From positions 32,001 through 96,000 of the IMG/VR virus record IMGVR_UViG_3300037264_004862: a stretch of DNA of 64,000 bases, one strand, 5' to 3'. Below are positions 18,647 to 27,848 of this stretch, piece after piece. The number at the start of each line of letters is the position of its first letter. Within the stretch, counting starts at the first letter, position 1. The notes beneath the pieces are model-generated. The model was not told where the DNA came from. It was given only the letters and a program-made list of their open reading frames with translations, and ran no database searches. The translations under genes and the position numbers were made by a program. Source of the stretch: a virus.

Positions 18647-19951
18647 TTATATGAAATCCTGCGGTGTACACCGCATTGTTTTGTAGTTCACTCTAATTTT
18701 TACTTGTTGTAAGCTAGGCCCCTTACGATTTTTGGCGATGTACAATCTAAATTGTGGTAGTGCTAAATTATGTTCATCTTCAGTTTGATTGATTGTTACA
18801 CAATAATCAATCGGCATCATTTTACCGAATGATTGTGCTGTTTTGTTCAATCCAATTAATTCAGCCTCACCATTAAGACCATCACGGTTAGTTTGCGTGG
18901 CTGTAAGTACTAATACATGTTGAGTTTTAGCTAGTCCACAAAGCTGGGTGGCCGTCTTACCTTGGCGTAGATATTCGTCTTTGTTGTCACTAGCGTTTCG
19001 CGATAACATCAAGTCTAGATAGTCAACTATAACCACATCAGGCTTCCAATTCTTGGTGCGCTTCATCATATCAATGAACTGTGAGATTGTATCTACAGTG
19101 ATTTCTTCTGGTGGCCATTCAGCTACTATCAGTTTACCATTGGTTGAATTGTGGATCTTGCGTAGTTTCTGTTCGATGACTTCTTTACGATTGGTTCGAT
19201 CAGCAATAATCTCATCGGTGAAGGAACCCATATAGCGCAACATCGTATCAGTAGTGGAATTTTCAAGTGTTATATGTAAGACATTAAGGCCACGTTCAAC
19301 TGACATACGACCACCATGGACCAATAAGATCGATTTTCCTCTACCAGTAGGCGCCATCCACACGAAAACTTCACCACGCCCAGGTCCCCCATTATTTAGG
19401 AAGATGTCAAGGCCTATGAATCCTGTAGTCAGGCGTTCAGCGACATCGTTTACGAAAAGTTTGTCAATGTTATTAAAGAAATCGACCCCCACATTTGATA
19501 TGTCAGTAATTCTTCTTGCCTTTTCAAACACGCCTTCTAAGGTTTCATAATCTTTCCGCATCCAGGCCTGGTGCGCTACATCACCATAAAGCTCGCCATA
19601 TGCTCTATTACGCACCCATTCTAATAACGCTTCTTTGATGATCGGGATTTCCCTAAAATTGGATTTACGATGGATGACTTCAAGCACTAGATCTAAATCG
19701 TCATCCTCGGCCTTCAACATCTTCAATGCAATATCTTCTACAACCTCGCGGGTTGATATGACTCCGTGTTTCTTATATTGTTGTTCAATGATACCATAAA
19801 CAAATTGATGATGCGCTTTGTGGAAATACTTAAAATCTAAAAATTGTCCAACTTGTGAAAAGAATTCAGGCATATCAAAAGCCAATGAGATGATTGCTTT
19901 TTCTTCGTTTATGCCGAATGGTTTCTCACCTAGTATTTCGTTGTCGGCCAT
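18647..19951 (-). CDS. Replicative SF4 helicase (DnaB/T4 gp41-like)
   Basis: APTGRGKS, HITLE, IVDYLDL, TATQTNR, KNRKGP. Confidence 0.9.
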   Translation of the reverse strand: MADNEILGEKPFGINEEKAIISLAFDMPEFFSQVGQFLDFKYFHKAHHQFVYGIIEQQYKKHGVISTREVVEDIALKMLKAEDDDLDLVLEVIHRKSNFREIPIIKEALLEWVRNRAYGELYGDVAHQAWMRKDYETLEGVFEKARRITDISNVGVDFFNNIDKLFVNDVAERLTTGFIGLDIFLNNGGPGRGEVFVWMAPTGRGKSILLVHGGRMSVERGLNVLHITLENSTTDTMLRYMGSFTDEIIADRTNRKEVIEQKLRKIHNSTNGKLIVAEWPPEEITVDTISQFIDMMKRTKNWKPDVVIVDYLDLMLSRNASDNKDEYLRQGKTATQLCGLAKTQHVLVLTATQTNRDGLNGEAELIGLNKTAQSFGKMMPIDYCVTINQTEDEHNLALPQFRLYIAKNRKGPSLQQVKIRVNYKTMRCTPQDFI

Positions 19952-19958
19952 ATCCTAT

Positions 19959-20648
19959 TTATGCTGATCCCATACAATGAACAGCTTTTAATGCTAGCAA
20001 TCGTGATATCTTGCGCTGAAGAGCAGCCATAATCAATGTCACCGCTTCACATTTAGTGATAAGTTCTCGTTCCTTGAAGAAAATATCCATCTTAAACCTT
20101 GGTTTGCCGCCTTGAGTTACTTGGGGCGCAAGTTTTTCAGTCGTGAGATCTAAATCATAAATGAATTCACGACTATTAGGCTGTTTATTTATAGTAGTAA
20201 CCTTATAAGCCTCTAAGAACCCTACATTAGCAGAATTCTTAATGAAGACTGTATCATTAATGTTATAGCGGGGTTCGTTCGGTCCCGGATTAGGTTGAGG
20301 CACAGGAATTGGATCGATATAGGTGGTTTCGACTTGACCGAGGCATTCATCAATTTGAAATTGAGTACGATTAATTCTAATAGTCAGATTATTGATAGCT
20401 GTTTGGACAGCTTCGCATAATGTGAAGATTTCAGTTTCTTCATAAAACATCTCGCGTGGCTCTTTAAGGTCAACGCGATCCCCCACGGTCTGTTCAGTCG
20501 GGGGCTTCTGTTCAATATAGATTTGATATACCCAGATACCAGGAGTCGCTTGACTCAATCCACCTATCTTGTAAGCTTCTAACTCACCTAAGGCTGCGGA
20601 TTCTACCAAGTAAACAACATCACCAATTTTAAATGTAGGGGCGGCCAT
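19959..20648 (-). CDS. Protein with internal duplicated SH3-like domain
   Basis: PTFKIGDVVYL..SA..G.LEAYKI repeated as PRYNINDTVFI..SA..G.LEAYKV. Confidence 0.7.
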   Translation of the reverse strand: MAAPTFKIGDVVYLVESAALGELEAYKIGGLSQATPGIWVYQIYIEQKPPTEQTVGDRVDLKEPREMFYEETEIFTLCEAVQTAINNLTIRINRTQFQIDECLGQVETTYIDPIPVPQPNPGPNEPRYNINDTVFIKNSANVGFLEAYKVTTINKQPNSREFIYDLDLTTEKLAPQVTQGGKPRFKMDIFFKERELITKCEAVTLIMAALQRKISRLLALKAVHCMGSA

Positions 20649-21719
20649 TTAGTTGTTCTCAACCACTAACGTATCTTCAGGCGCAGCTAGTTCCTCTTCA
20701 ACTACTTCTACCGGTTTTAATTTTAACTGGTTACGCAAAGTCGTGACAATAGCCTTAAATTGGTCTGGATTAGTATTCAAGAACTCTTCAAACTTGGCAT
20801 ATCCATTGAAACTCTTACCGTCATACTTCAGCATAGATCCTGCCTTCTTGATAATATTAAAATTAATGGCAGTATTAACGACATCGCCAACTTCATCAAT
20901 CCCTTTACCAAAAATGATATCAAATTCAGCGATCTTAAATGGTGATGCCACTTTATTTTTCACAACCTTGACTTTAACACGGTTGCCAGTGGGGGCTTCG
21001 TCTTTGCTGGTCTTAATAGATTCTAACTTCCTAATGTCAAGGCGTACACTGCAATAATACTTCAGCGCTTTTCCCCCACTAGTGGTCTCAGGCGAACCAA
21101 ACATGACGCCAATTTTCTCTCTCAGCTGATTTACGAAGACAATGGCTGTGTTAGTCTTACTTACTATGGCTGTAAGCTTACGTAGTGCCTTACTTAAAAG
21201 TTTGGCTTGAGCTCCAATATTAGCATCGCCCATCTCGCCATCAAGTTCAGCCTGCGGAACTAAAGCGGCCACAGAGTCAATTACAATGATATCGACTTCA
21301 CCAGTCTTAGTGAGCCTTTCTACAATTGTGAGTGCTTGCTCGCCAGAATCTGGCTGTGAGAAAATTAACTTATCAAAATCAACGCCAATACCGTTTTTTG
21401 CATAGTCTGGATCAAGAGCATGCTCGACATCAATAAATGCAGCCCGACCACCAGCACGCTGAACATTAGCAACCAGTTCTAGACAAAGAGTGGTCTTCCC
21501 ACTGGCTTCTGGCCCGTAAATTTCAGTTACTCGACCACGTGGGATGCCGCCGACACCTAGGGCCATATCTAGTGAAATGGAACCAGTGGAGATTCCCACT
21601 ACGCCTTTTACTACAAGATTACCTAAAATTACACATCCTTCGCCGAATTCCTTCCGAAGATCAGCTAAAGTTGTATCTAGATTCTTAGGCTCATTATTCT
21701 TTTCTTTTACCATCTTCAT
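20649..21719 (-). CDS. recA: Recombinase RecA
   Basis: [49 protein letters not shown]. Confidence 0.97.
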   Translation of the reverse strand: MKMVKEKNNEPKNLDTTLADLRKEFGEGCVILGNLVVKGVVGISTGSISLDMALGVGGIPRGRVTEIYGPEASGKTTLCLELVANVQRAGGRAAFIDVEHALDPDYAKNGIGVDFDKLIFSQPDSGEQALTIVERLTKTGEVDIIVIDSVAALVPQAELDGEMGDANIGAQAKLLSKALRKLTAIVSKTNTAIVFVNQLREKIGVMFGSPETTSGGKALKYYCSVRLDIRKLESIKTSKDEAPTGNRVKVKVVKNKVASPFKIAEFDIIFGKGIDEVGDVVNTAINFNIIKKAGSMLKYDGKSFNGYAKFEEFLNTNPDQFKAIVTTLRNQLKLKPVEVVEEELAAPEDTLVVENN

Positions 21720-22143
21720 TCTCCGGTTTTAATATCTCAGCCAATTTTTTTAAAGCCTTGTCTACGTATACACGGGATTCAACTTTGAGAGGTATTTTGT
21801 GTCTCTTGCATAATTCTATGGCTTTCTCAGAGCTAATCTCAAACATTTTACTTACTACCTGAACGACATCTAAATTAGCATTACCAACCTCAAATAGTTT
21901 TTTGTCAAAAGTTTGCATACTATATGATGCAATTAATATTACATCCGATGGGGGCACTCTTACTATAGTAGATTGTTTAGCCAATATACAATCACTATCT
22001 ACAAAGCCCACTACAGTCCAATCACCTTTGGGGGCTGTGGCTCGACCATTTGGTCCAGATAAATATTTTATGTTCTTTGTATGAACTAAACGTACTACGT
22101 CAAACTGATTGAGCGTATTATATTGCATGATTAACCCGGTCAA
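21694..22143 (-). CDS. Hypothetical protein
   Basis: 149-aa ORF upstream of recA. Confidence 0.6.
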   Translation of the reverse strand: MTGLIMQYNTLNQFDVVRLVHTKNIKYLSGPNGRATAPKGDWTVVGFVDSDCILAKQSTIVRVPPSDVILIASYSMQTFDKKLFEVGNANLDVVQVVSKMFEISSEKAIELCKRHKIPLKVESRVYVDKALKKLAEILKPENEDGKRKE

Positions 22144-22177
22144 AAGTAATAATGAGCGTTAATATAGGAAGGCATGT

Positions 22178-22696
22178 ATGGCATTGAATAAGATTGAAAA
22201 GGCTATTGTCGAAGCAGTCAATGGTATGCTGCAACAGGACGCCAAGCTCGGGCTTGGAATGCACACTAGTTCGACTGGATTTGGGCAAACTACTGATCAT
22301 TATTCTCAATTCAGATGGGAAGGCATAGACGACTTATTTACGCTGAAGGTATCAGGCAGTCCATTTAAAGATGCACTTACTTCTGCCTTCTTCACAGTAC
22401 ATAGCCACAAGTATATCGATAATCCGACATTCAAGCTTTCATTCGAAAAGGAAATGAAAGCTCGTGCTATTCCCACACATGTCCGTGAAGAGAGCCTTAA
22501 GCATGTTGATAGTATTATTGAGGATTTGTCTGCTAAAAAGCCTTCTGAGCTTGACGCAGGCTGGAACCCAAATCTCGCAGATATTGTTGATGTTACCACT
22601 AACGCCCATGACCGTAAGGCTAAAATGACCGAGCCATTCACTGGTGGCGGCCCCAGCCCAGAAGGCAAACATGATATAGGCAAGTTACCTGGATAA
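22178..22696 (+). CDS. Hypothetical protein
   Basis: 172-aa ORF, first of a + strand trio. Confidence 0.65.
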   Translation: MALNKIEKAIVEAVNGMLQQDAKLGLGMHTSSTGFGQTTDHYSQFRWEGIDDLFTLKVSGSPFKDALTSAFFTVHSHKYIDNPTFKLSFEKEMKARAIPTHVREESLKHVDSIIEDLSAKKPSELDAGWNPNLADIVDVTTNAHDRKAKMTEPFTGGGPSPEGKHDIGKLPG

Positions 22697-22698
22697 CA

Positions 22699-23418
22699 AT
22701 GTTAACAACAGCACATTGTATTGCTTGCGGTAAAATTCTCAGAATAGATCCTGAGAAAGAACAGGCTATGTGTCCAAAATGCCTAGGAAAAGTACACCAA
22801 CCAGGGCTTCAACAAAAACCAGAATTGAAAGATTTAGCACTTATGGCTAGACCAGATATGAAACTTTCTGTCGAAAACGCCATCTATCGCCTGACGACTG
22901 AATCGGACACTAAACGCAATTTAGGGTCGTACCTCAGTTGTCTCTATAAGATTCTGGCGTCGGCTGGAATTAGAGGTAACGTGAATGAATGGTGCCAGCG
23001 TGTAGGTGCGGATAAGTTCCACGAAGGCGTCAAGAATAATATTTTGGTTCAAGAAGACCAAACATATGGTGATGACATGGAACATCGTGGGGAAGGCTAT
23101 CTTATTAAAGAACAACCACCTCAGGCGCCTGTGCCAACACCAGATGACCTCTCGGTTGATAAAATTATTAGAATGGGGCAAAGCACTCTTACAGCACAAA
23201 TTAGCTATCATGGCCAAACAGGACTATTAAGAATTCAACGTTTGGGTGATAGAGAAGAGTGGACAACTGATAACCTAGATATGATTGACCCAGAATTCTG
23301 TGGACGTCTCACTCAAATTGAGTCAGAAATGCATTCGATGTCTTATCCACGTAGCGCCATAGAACCTGATATTGGGTCATTGAAATATCATCTCAGGTCG
23401 AAGTGTTCTACTCTATGA
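22699..23418 (+). CDS. Hypothetical protein with N-terminal Zn ribbon
   Basis: CIAC...CPKC. Confidence 0.65.
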   Translation: MLTTAHCIACGKILRIDPEKEQAMCPKCLGKVHQPGLQQKPELKDLALMARPDMKLSVENAIYRLTTESDTKRNLGSYLSCLYKILASAGIRGNVNEWCQRVGADKFHEGVKNNILVQEDQTYGDDMEHRGEGYLIKEQPPQAPVPTPDDLSVDKIIRMGQSTLTAQISYHGQTGLLRIQRLGDREEWTTDNLDMIDPEFCGRLTQIESEMHSMSYPRSAIEPDIGSLKYHLRSKCSTL

Positions 23419-23816
23419 AGCTTAAATTCTTACACGAAAGCCTTGAAGATAATATTAAGAAACAATTAGGGCTAGCTTACTTTAAGAAGTTAGAAGACCC
23501 AAACCGTTTGAGCTCGTTAGATAGACTCAATCAAAACCAGCCTGAACGCTCTGGCAACCAAGATACTCCGTTAACACCTCGGCTACGTCGTTTCTTCAAC
23601 GCTCCTACTGGAGCTACTGTTGGGAAGATTGGATTCCAAGATAACGACGATGCCGAATCAAAGCACGCCCGTGATAGTTCTTTAGATGATGAGAAAGTTT
23701 CGTCTCTCGATTATCCGAAGGACGAAGATGAATTAGAGAAAGAAATCTCTGTGCGTGCTCGTAAAGAATTCGGATACCTCGCCGTAGCCGGAGCCAAACC
23801 CCATCTACAGTTATAG
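23415..23816 (+). CDS. Putative virion-internal protein with MKLxxLxE leader
   Basis: Start re-set to ATG 23415 (ATGA overlap): MKLKFLHES. Confidence 0.6.
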   Translation: MKLKFLHESLEDNIKKQLGLAYFKKLEDPNRLSSLDRLNQNQPERSGNQDTPLTPRLRRFFNAPTGATVGKIGFQDNDDAESKHARDSSLDDEKVSSLDYPKDEDELEKEISVRARKEFGYLAVAGAKPHLQL

Positions 23817-24120
23817 GAATTGTATCAGGATATAAGTCCCAATATCTAAGTTCAGTGTGGTCCAAATGTTCGCCTAACTTTTCCAGCATATCCTGATTAT
23901 ATATATTTAAACTGTTGGAGTACCAACCAGATGGGGTTGGTATCCAGCAAACGACATCATTAGATTTTGTATAAATATGGACCACTGATTCATATGTGGA
24001 CTTGAATTTCCTACCAATGCGACGAATATAGCGGATATCATTTGTAGTTGACTCAACAACTTCATAATTAAAACCACTTTCAAGGAGCCAATCCGCTAAG
24101 AGTTGGTGTAGTTTAATCAT
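23614..24120 (-). CDS. Hypothetical protein
   Basis: Start re-set to 24120 (MIKLHQLL); the 3' part overlaps the + strand gene, so the end is uncertain. Confidence 0.45.
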   Translation of the reverse strand: MIKLHQLLADWLLESGFNYEVVESTTNDIRYIRRIGRKFKSTYESVVHIYTKSNDVVCWIPTPSGWYSNSLNIYNQDMLEKLGEHLDHTELRYWDLYPDTIPITVDGVWLRLRRGIRILYEHAQRFLSLIHLRPSDNRETKLSHHLKNYHGRALIRHRRYLGIQSSQQ

Positions 24121-24884
24121 TAAATAGTACCAGTACCGCCGCATTTAACGCACTGTTGATTATTGATCTTGGTGATGCCACACCCTTTACAGAGCGGACA
24201 TTCACGAGCACTATAACCGCCTGCCATCAAGGCACGCTCACATGCACTTTTAGATACTATACTGGCTTGAACAGCCTGCTTAAGGCGTGCCTGTAGAGCT
24301 TTATCGCCACCTGTGTTTACGATAGTGACATCAGTCGTGCCAGTATTGCCAACCACTTTCTTAGGGATAACCATTGGCTTACCATCACGACCCATGATGA
24401 CTTGTTCTTCATGTTCAGTAACAATAGGAGCTTCAATGGTACCTTTTTTAGTTTGCATAGATTGGGTTGTATCATATGACTGATGAGATCCAAGGTCCAT
24501 ATCTTGACCAGTAGATGTTTTAGCGACAGTAGGCACAACAATTGGCATGATCTTCTTGGCCCTCACTGTTGGTGCAAAAAGCTTTGGACTATCTTGGTCG
24601 ACTGACGGTGCCGGAGAGGGCGATGGCGTTGGTATTGCCTTAGCTGCTTCAATAAGACCACCTTTACCCATAGGAACCAAAGTATAGCCTAATTCTTTAG
24701 CTTGCTTCTCAAATTCTTCAATCATTAAATTCTTTTTTTCGACTAATTCCCGCACTTTCTTAGGGGAAGCGTCATCTTCGTGTTCATTACAAATCCAAAC
24801 AGTTGAGATACCTTTGGAAGTGGTGACTTGCATTGAAATAGTAAGATCTTCTACCTTACTACAGAATATACACTGATTCGCCAT
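24120..24884 (-). CDS. Zn-finger protein
   Basis: CIFC..CNEH at the N-terminus; CPLCKGCG..CVKCGGTG DnaJ-like repeats; AGGAG RBS. Confidence 0.7.
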   Translation of the reverse strand: MANQCIFCSKVEDLTISMQVTTSKGISTVWICNEHEDDASPKKVRELVEKKNLMIEEFEKQAKELGYTLVPMGKGGLIEAAKAIPTPSPSPAPSVDQDSPKLFAPTVRAKKIMPIVVPTVAKTSTGQDMDLGSHQSYDTTQSMQTKKGTIEAPIVTEHEEQVIMGRDGKPMVIPKKVVGNTGTTDVTIVNTGGDKALQARLKQAVQASIVSKSACERALMAGGYSARECPLCKGCGITKINNQQCVKCGGTGTI

Positions 24885-24911
24885 AACTACTCCTTTTTAC
24901 GTACTTAAAGT

Positions 24912-25313
24912 ATGACCAACTCCAAAAAGAAGATCGAAATTTACAATGTAGATTTGGACATAAATTTAGATAACGAAATTAAAAAACATGCTACTCTAGA
25001 TACCGATACTAAAGATAGGATAGCCAGCATAATAAATATTGCTCGTGAGCGAGCTAAAAAGCCAATTGATCCTGAAGAGCTTATCTGGAATGAGAAATTT
25101 GAGAAATTGTTTGTCATTATTACTAATAACCCATATTTAGCTGCCACTAAGCAAATTACTATGGACATTTTAAGTATTTCGGCCCCAGACTTAGGTAAGA
25201 TCATTGCGAAATTTAAAAAGTTCCTAAGAGTTAACAAGGACAACAAATGGTCATTGATTATCGGCCAAGACAATAAAAATGAGCGTATTTATAGTTTAAA
25301 GAGGTCTATATGA
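24912..25313 (+). CDS. Hypothetical protein (possible winged helix)
   Basis: 133-aa ORF. Confidence 0.55.
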   Translation: MTNSKKKIEIYNVDLDINLDNEIKKHATLDTDTKDRIASIINIARERAKKPIDPEELIWNEKFEKLFVIITNNPYLAATKQITMDILSISAPDLGKIIAKFKKFLRVNKDNKWSLIIGQDNKNERIYSLKRSI

Positions 25314-25385
25314 GCGAGCAACCTAAAGTAGTTCTTAAGAAAACGTCCCGTAAAGGTATTGAGATTGGTACTAAGGTAAAACAGA

Positions 25386-26102
25386 TTAGGAAGCCTGAGG
25401 TGCCGATCGTTGTACCTCAGAGGAAGAAATCCTTATAATCAGCTCACATATCGCTTTGATGTCTGCTTCAAATCGTGTCTTCCTACCTGGGTCAGCCATA
25501 TTCTGAGGTGATGGGTGGTAAATTGGGTAGACATTTACATCAAATTTCTCAGATTTCAAGAATTTACCAAGATTTGCAGAGAAGGTCAACTTGGGACAAA
25601 GCGCTTCGAAAGCTACTGCACCTAGCGCTATTACGAATTTGGGTCTAATGGTTTTGATCTCAATTTGTAAAAAAGCCTGGCACGCATCAAACTCGTCGCC
25701 TTCAGGTTTACGATTTTCAGGCGTATGACATTTAACGGCATTAGTAATATAGAACACTTCACGTTGTACACCAAATTTGGCAAGTGCCTGGTTAAAAAAT
25801 TCGCCTGCTTCTCCCACGAAAGGCTCATCTTTCATACACTCATTAAAACCAGGATTCTGACCAACCACCATAAACTTAGTGGGATTCATGTTACTGAATA
25901 CATGATGATCGGATATAGGTTTTCCATTATGCTCATGGTCCATTCTACCCAAACGGCACATTCGACATTCTTTACAAGTGGCTTTTAAAGGCCGCAAAGT
26001 TTTGAGGAGTTGATTTTGTTCATCGGTCATAGGTCGCCTTTCGGACCAATCATAGTAGATGATATCACGAATTACTTGATCATGATTGGCATCGTAGATC
26101 AT
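25386..26102 (-). CDS. Uracil-DNA glycosylase family 4
   Basis: CxxCxL, VGQNPG, PFVG.AG, YITNAVKC, NRKP, YHPS. Confidence 0.9.
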   Translation of the reverse strand: MIYDANHDQVIRDIIYYDWSERRPMTDEQNQLLKTLRPLKATCKECRMCRLGRMDHEHNGKPISDHHVFSNMNPTKFMVVGQNPGFNECMKDEPFVGEAGEFFNQALAKFGVQREVFYITNAVKCHTPENRKPEGDEFDACQAFLQIEIKTIRPKFVIALGAVAFEALCPKLTFSANLGKFLKSEKFDVNVYPIYHPSPQNMADPGRKTRFEADIKAICELIIRISSSEVQRSAPQAS

Positions 26103-27016
26103 ATACTACGCAGTTTTAACAATCTTCTTATTGATGCACCAACATCCATGAAATAGTCCCATTGTCCATGCTGGCCAACAGGATAAATACCTACTTTTTC
26201 TAAATCATTAAGTTTAGGTGGTGTGCCAACCGGAAATGCTTTCTGCATATTAGTGGCATTTATGACATCTAATCTACTGTTCGTGAATGCACCAAGATAT
26301 GACATTGGATTTCCAAGATCACACCTACAATGGAAAACATATTGATCCCCAGACACTCTATCGACTTTAAAGAAATCGAAAGCTGTATCAGCAACAAAAA
26401 CCTGTTGTGCACCTTCAAAGTTCAATGCCGGTGTAGCGATATGGTAATACCAAACATCAACCGCTGGAAGGCTGTGTGTTTCACCTATAAAATCTAACAA
26501 TGCATCTAGGGGAATAGTACTTATTATCTTGTTATATTCGTACGTTCCTGTAGATGTTTGGATTGTATGGTCTTGGTACGAAATTTTACTAACGGTGCCA
26601 TATTGTTGACGAGCTTTATCAATTTCTAATTTATAACGTGTTTGTAATGAACTATAAATTTCAGTAGCAGTAACATGTTTATAAACATTTAATTCAAGAC
26701 GCAATAGCATCTTAGCTGCTGGATGTATATTGTCGCCAAACAATTTAGAAATATATGCATCTTTCGCAAACGATGCATCAGCAAACAGCAACTGCCCACC
26801 ATATGAACTGGCTCTGAATAATCTATCAGTTTTAGGGATGGCTGTAAATTCTCTTATAATTGGATCGATTGAATCATGAGCAACGATAAAATTATCTGCC
26901 GTAGGTGGATTAAATGAATAGAAACGTGATCTACCAAATGGTATCAGCTGCCAGTTCTCACCTAATATAGATTTAGCTAGGAGGCCAGTTATTCCACTAC
27001 CTAATATGAAGTTCAC
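26099..27016 (-). CDS. FAD/NAD-dependent oxidoreductase-like protein
   Basis: ILGSGITGL Rossmann motif; YNKIISTIPL; VGQHGQWDY. Confidence 0.75.
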   Translation of the reverse strand: MNFILGSGITGLLAKSILGENWQLIPFGRSRFYSFNPPTADNFIVAHDSIDPIIREFTAIPKTDRLFRASSYGGQLLFADASFAKDAYISKLFGDNIHPAAKMLLRLELNVYKHVTATEIYSSLQTRYKLEIDKARQQYGTVSKISYQDHTIQTSTGTYEYNKIISTIPLDALLDFIGETHSLPAVDVWYYHIATPALNFEGAQQVFVADTAFDFFKVDRVSGDQYVFHCRCDLGNPMSYLGAFTNSRLDVINATNMQKAFPVGTPPKLNDLEKVGIYPVGQHGQWDYFMDVGASIRRLLKLRSI

Positions 27017-27411
27017 AGAATGTAGTTATCAGTTGAGATCCGACCCTCTGCAATTGGATCCACAAATGGGCCAGTACCTTCAATTGAAGCAGGTGCTTTT
27101 AGGTGCAAAATAATCTCGGGCGGAGCGGCCATTTCTTGTTCGATAGTCTGAACTTGTGGCATTGATGCAGGTGTACAAGACTTGCACTCTGGGCACTTTA
27201 AATCGACACCATCATATAAATCTGCAGGGCTAAATTTAATCAATTGAGCACAATGAGGACAAGTCGTCATATATTTAGATGGTTTGGCTGGATCTCCAGA
27301 CGAATCACGACCAAAAGAGTCAATAGGAACCTTTTCCCACTCGATTGGACGCGCTTGAACCGACTCTTCTTTAATGATTATAGTTATAAGATCGAAAGTA
27401 ACATTACTCAT
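27013..27411 (-). CDS. Zn-ribbon protein
   Basis: CPHC...CPEC. Confidence 0.6.
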   Translation of the reverse strand: MSNVTFDLITIIIKEESVQARPIEWEKVPIDSFGRDSSGDPAKPSKYMTTCPHCAQLIKFSPADLYDGVDLKCPECKSCTPASMPQVQTIEQEMAAPPEIILHLKAPASIEGTGPFVDPIAEGRISTDNYIL

Positions 27412-27848
27412 GACCAGTCTCCTTTACTCTTTGCGGCTTTTCTGGTTTCCATTGCCATATTTGCAAATTGGCCGAAACAAGTATCGTCTGCATTAAAATC
27501 CATATAATTACGGGAAACCTTGGGCTTCTCTACATTACGGTCAACATCCACTCTATGTATCAACATCCTATGATAATTAAACTTGCCCCTTAGGACTGCA
27601 GTACAGAAATCACATTTGATAGTATTTGGCGATATAGCCTTAGCTATGTTTTGTTTAACCTTATCTTCAGCATTAGTATAGCATTTTTCACAAACATCGA
27701 CATCAAGGTCTTTAGCACCCTGAACAACTCGCAAAACCGCAGAGTCAACCGAAACAATACTAGATTCAAATGAATAATAAATGAATTGGTCCTTGTAGGT
27801 CGTTCCACAAATATCACAACAAATACCGTCTTTAGTCTTTAATAGCAT
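27408..27848 (-). CDS. Protein with tandem Zn-finger repeat
   Basis: CDIC...DVCEKC and CDFC...DFNADDTC. Confidence 0.6.
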   Translation of the reverse strand: MLLKTKDGICCDICGTTYKDQFIYYSFESSIVSVDSAVLRVVQGAKDLDVDVCEKCYTNAEDKVKQNIAKAISPNTIKCDFCTAVLRGKFNYHRMLIHRVDVDRNVEKPKVSRNYMDFNADDTCFGQFANMAMETRKAAKSKGDWS

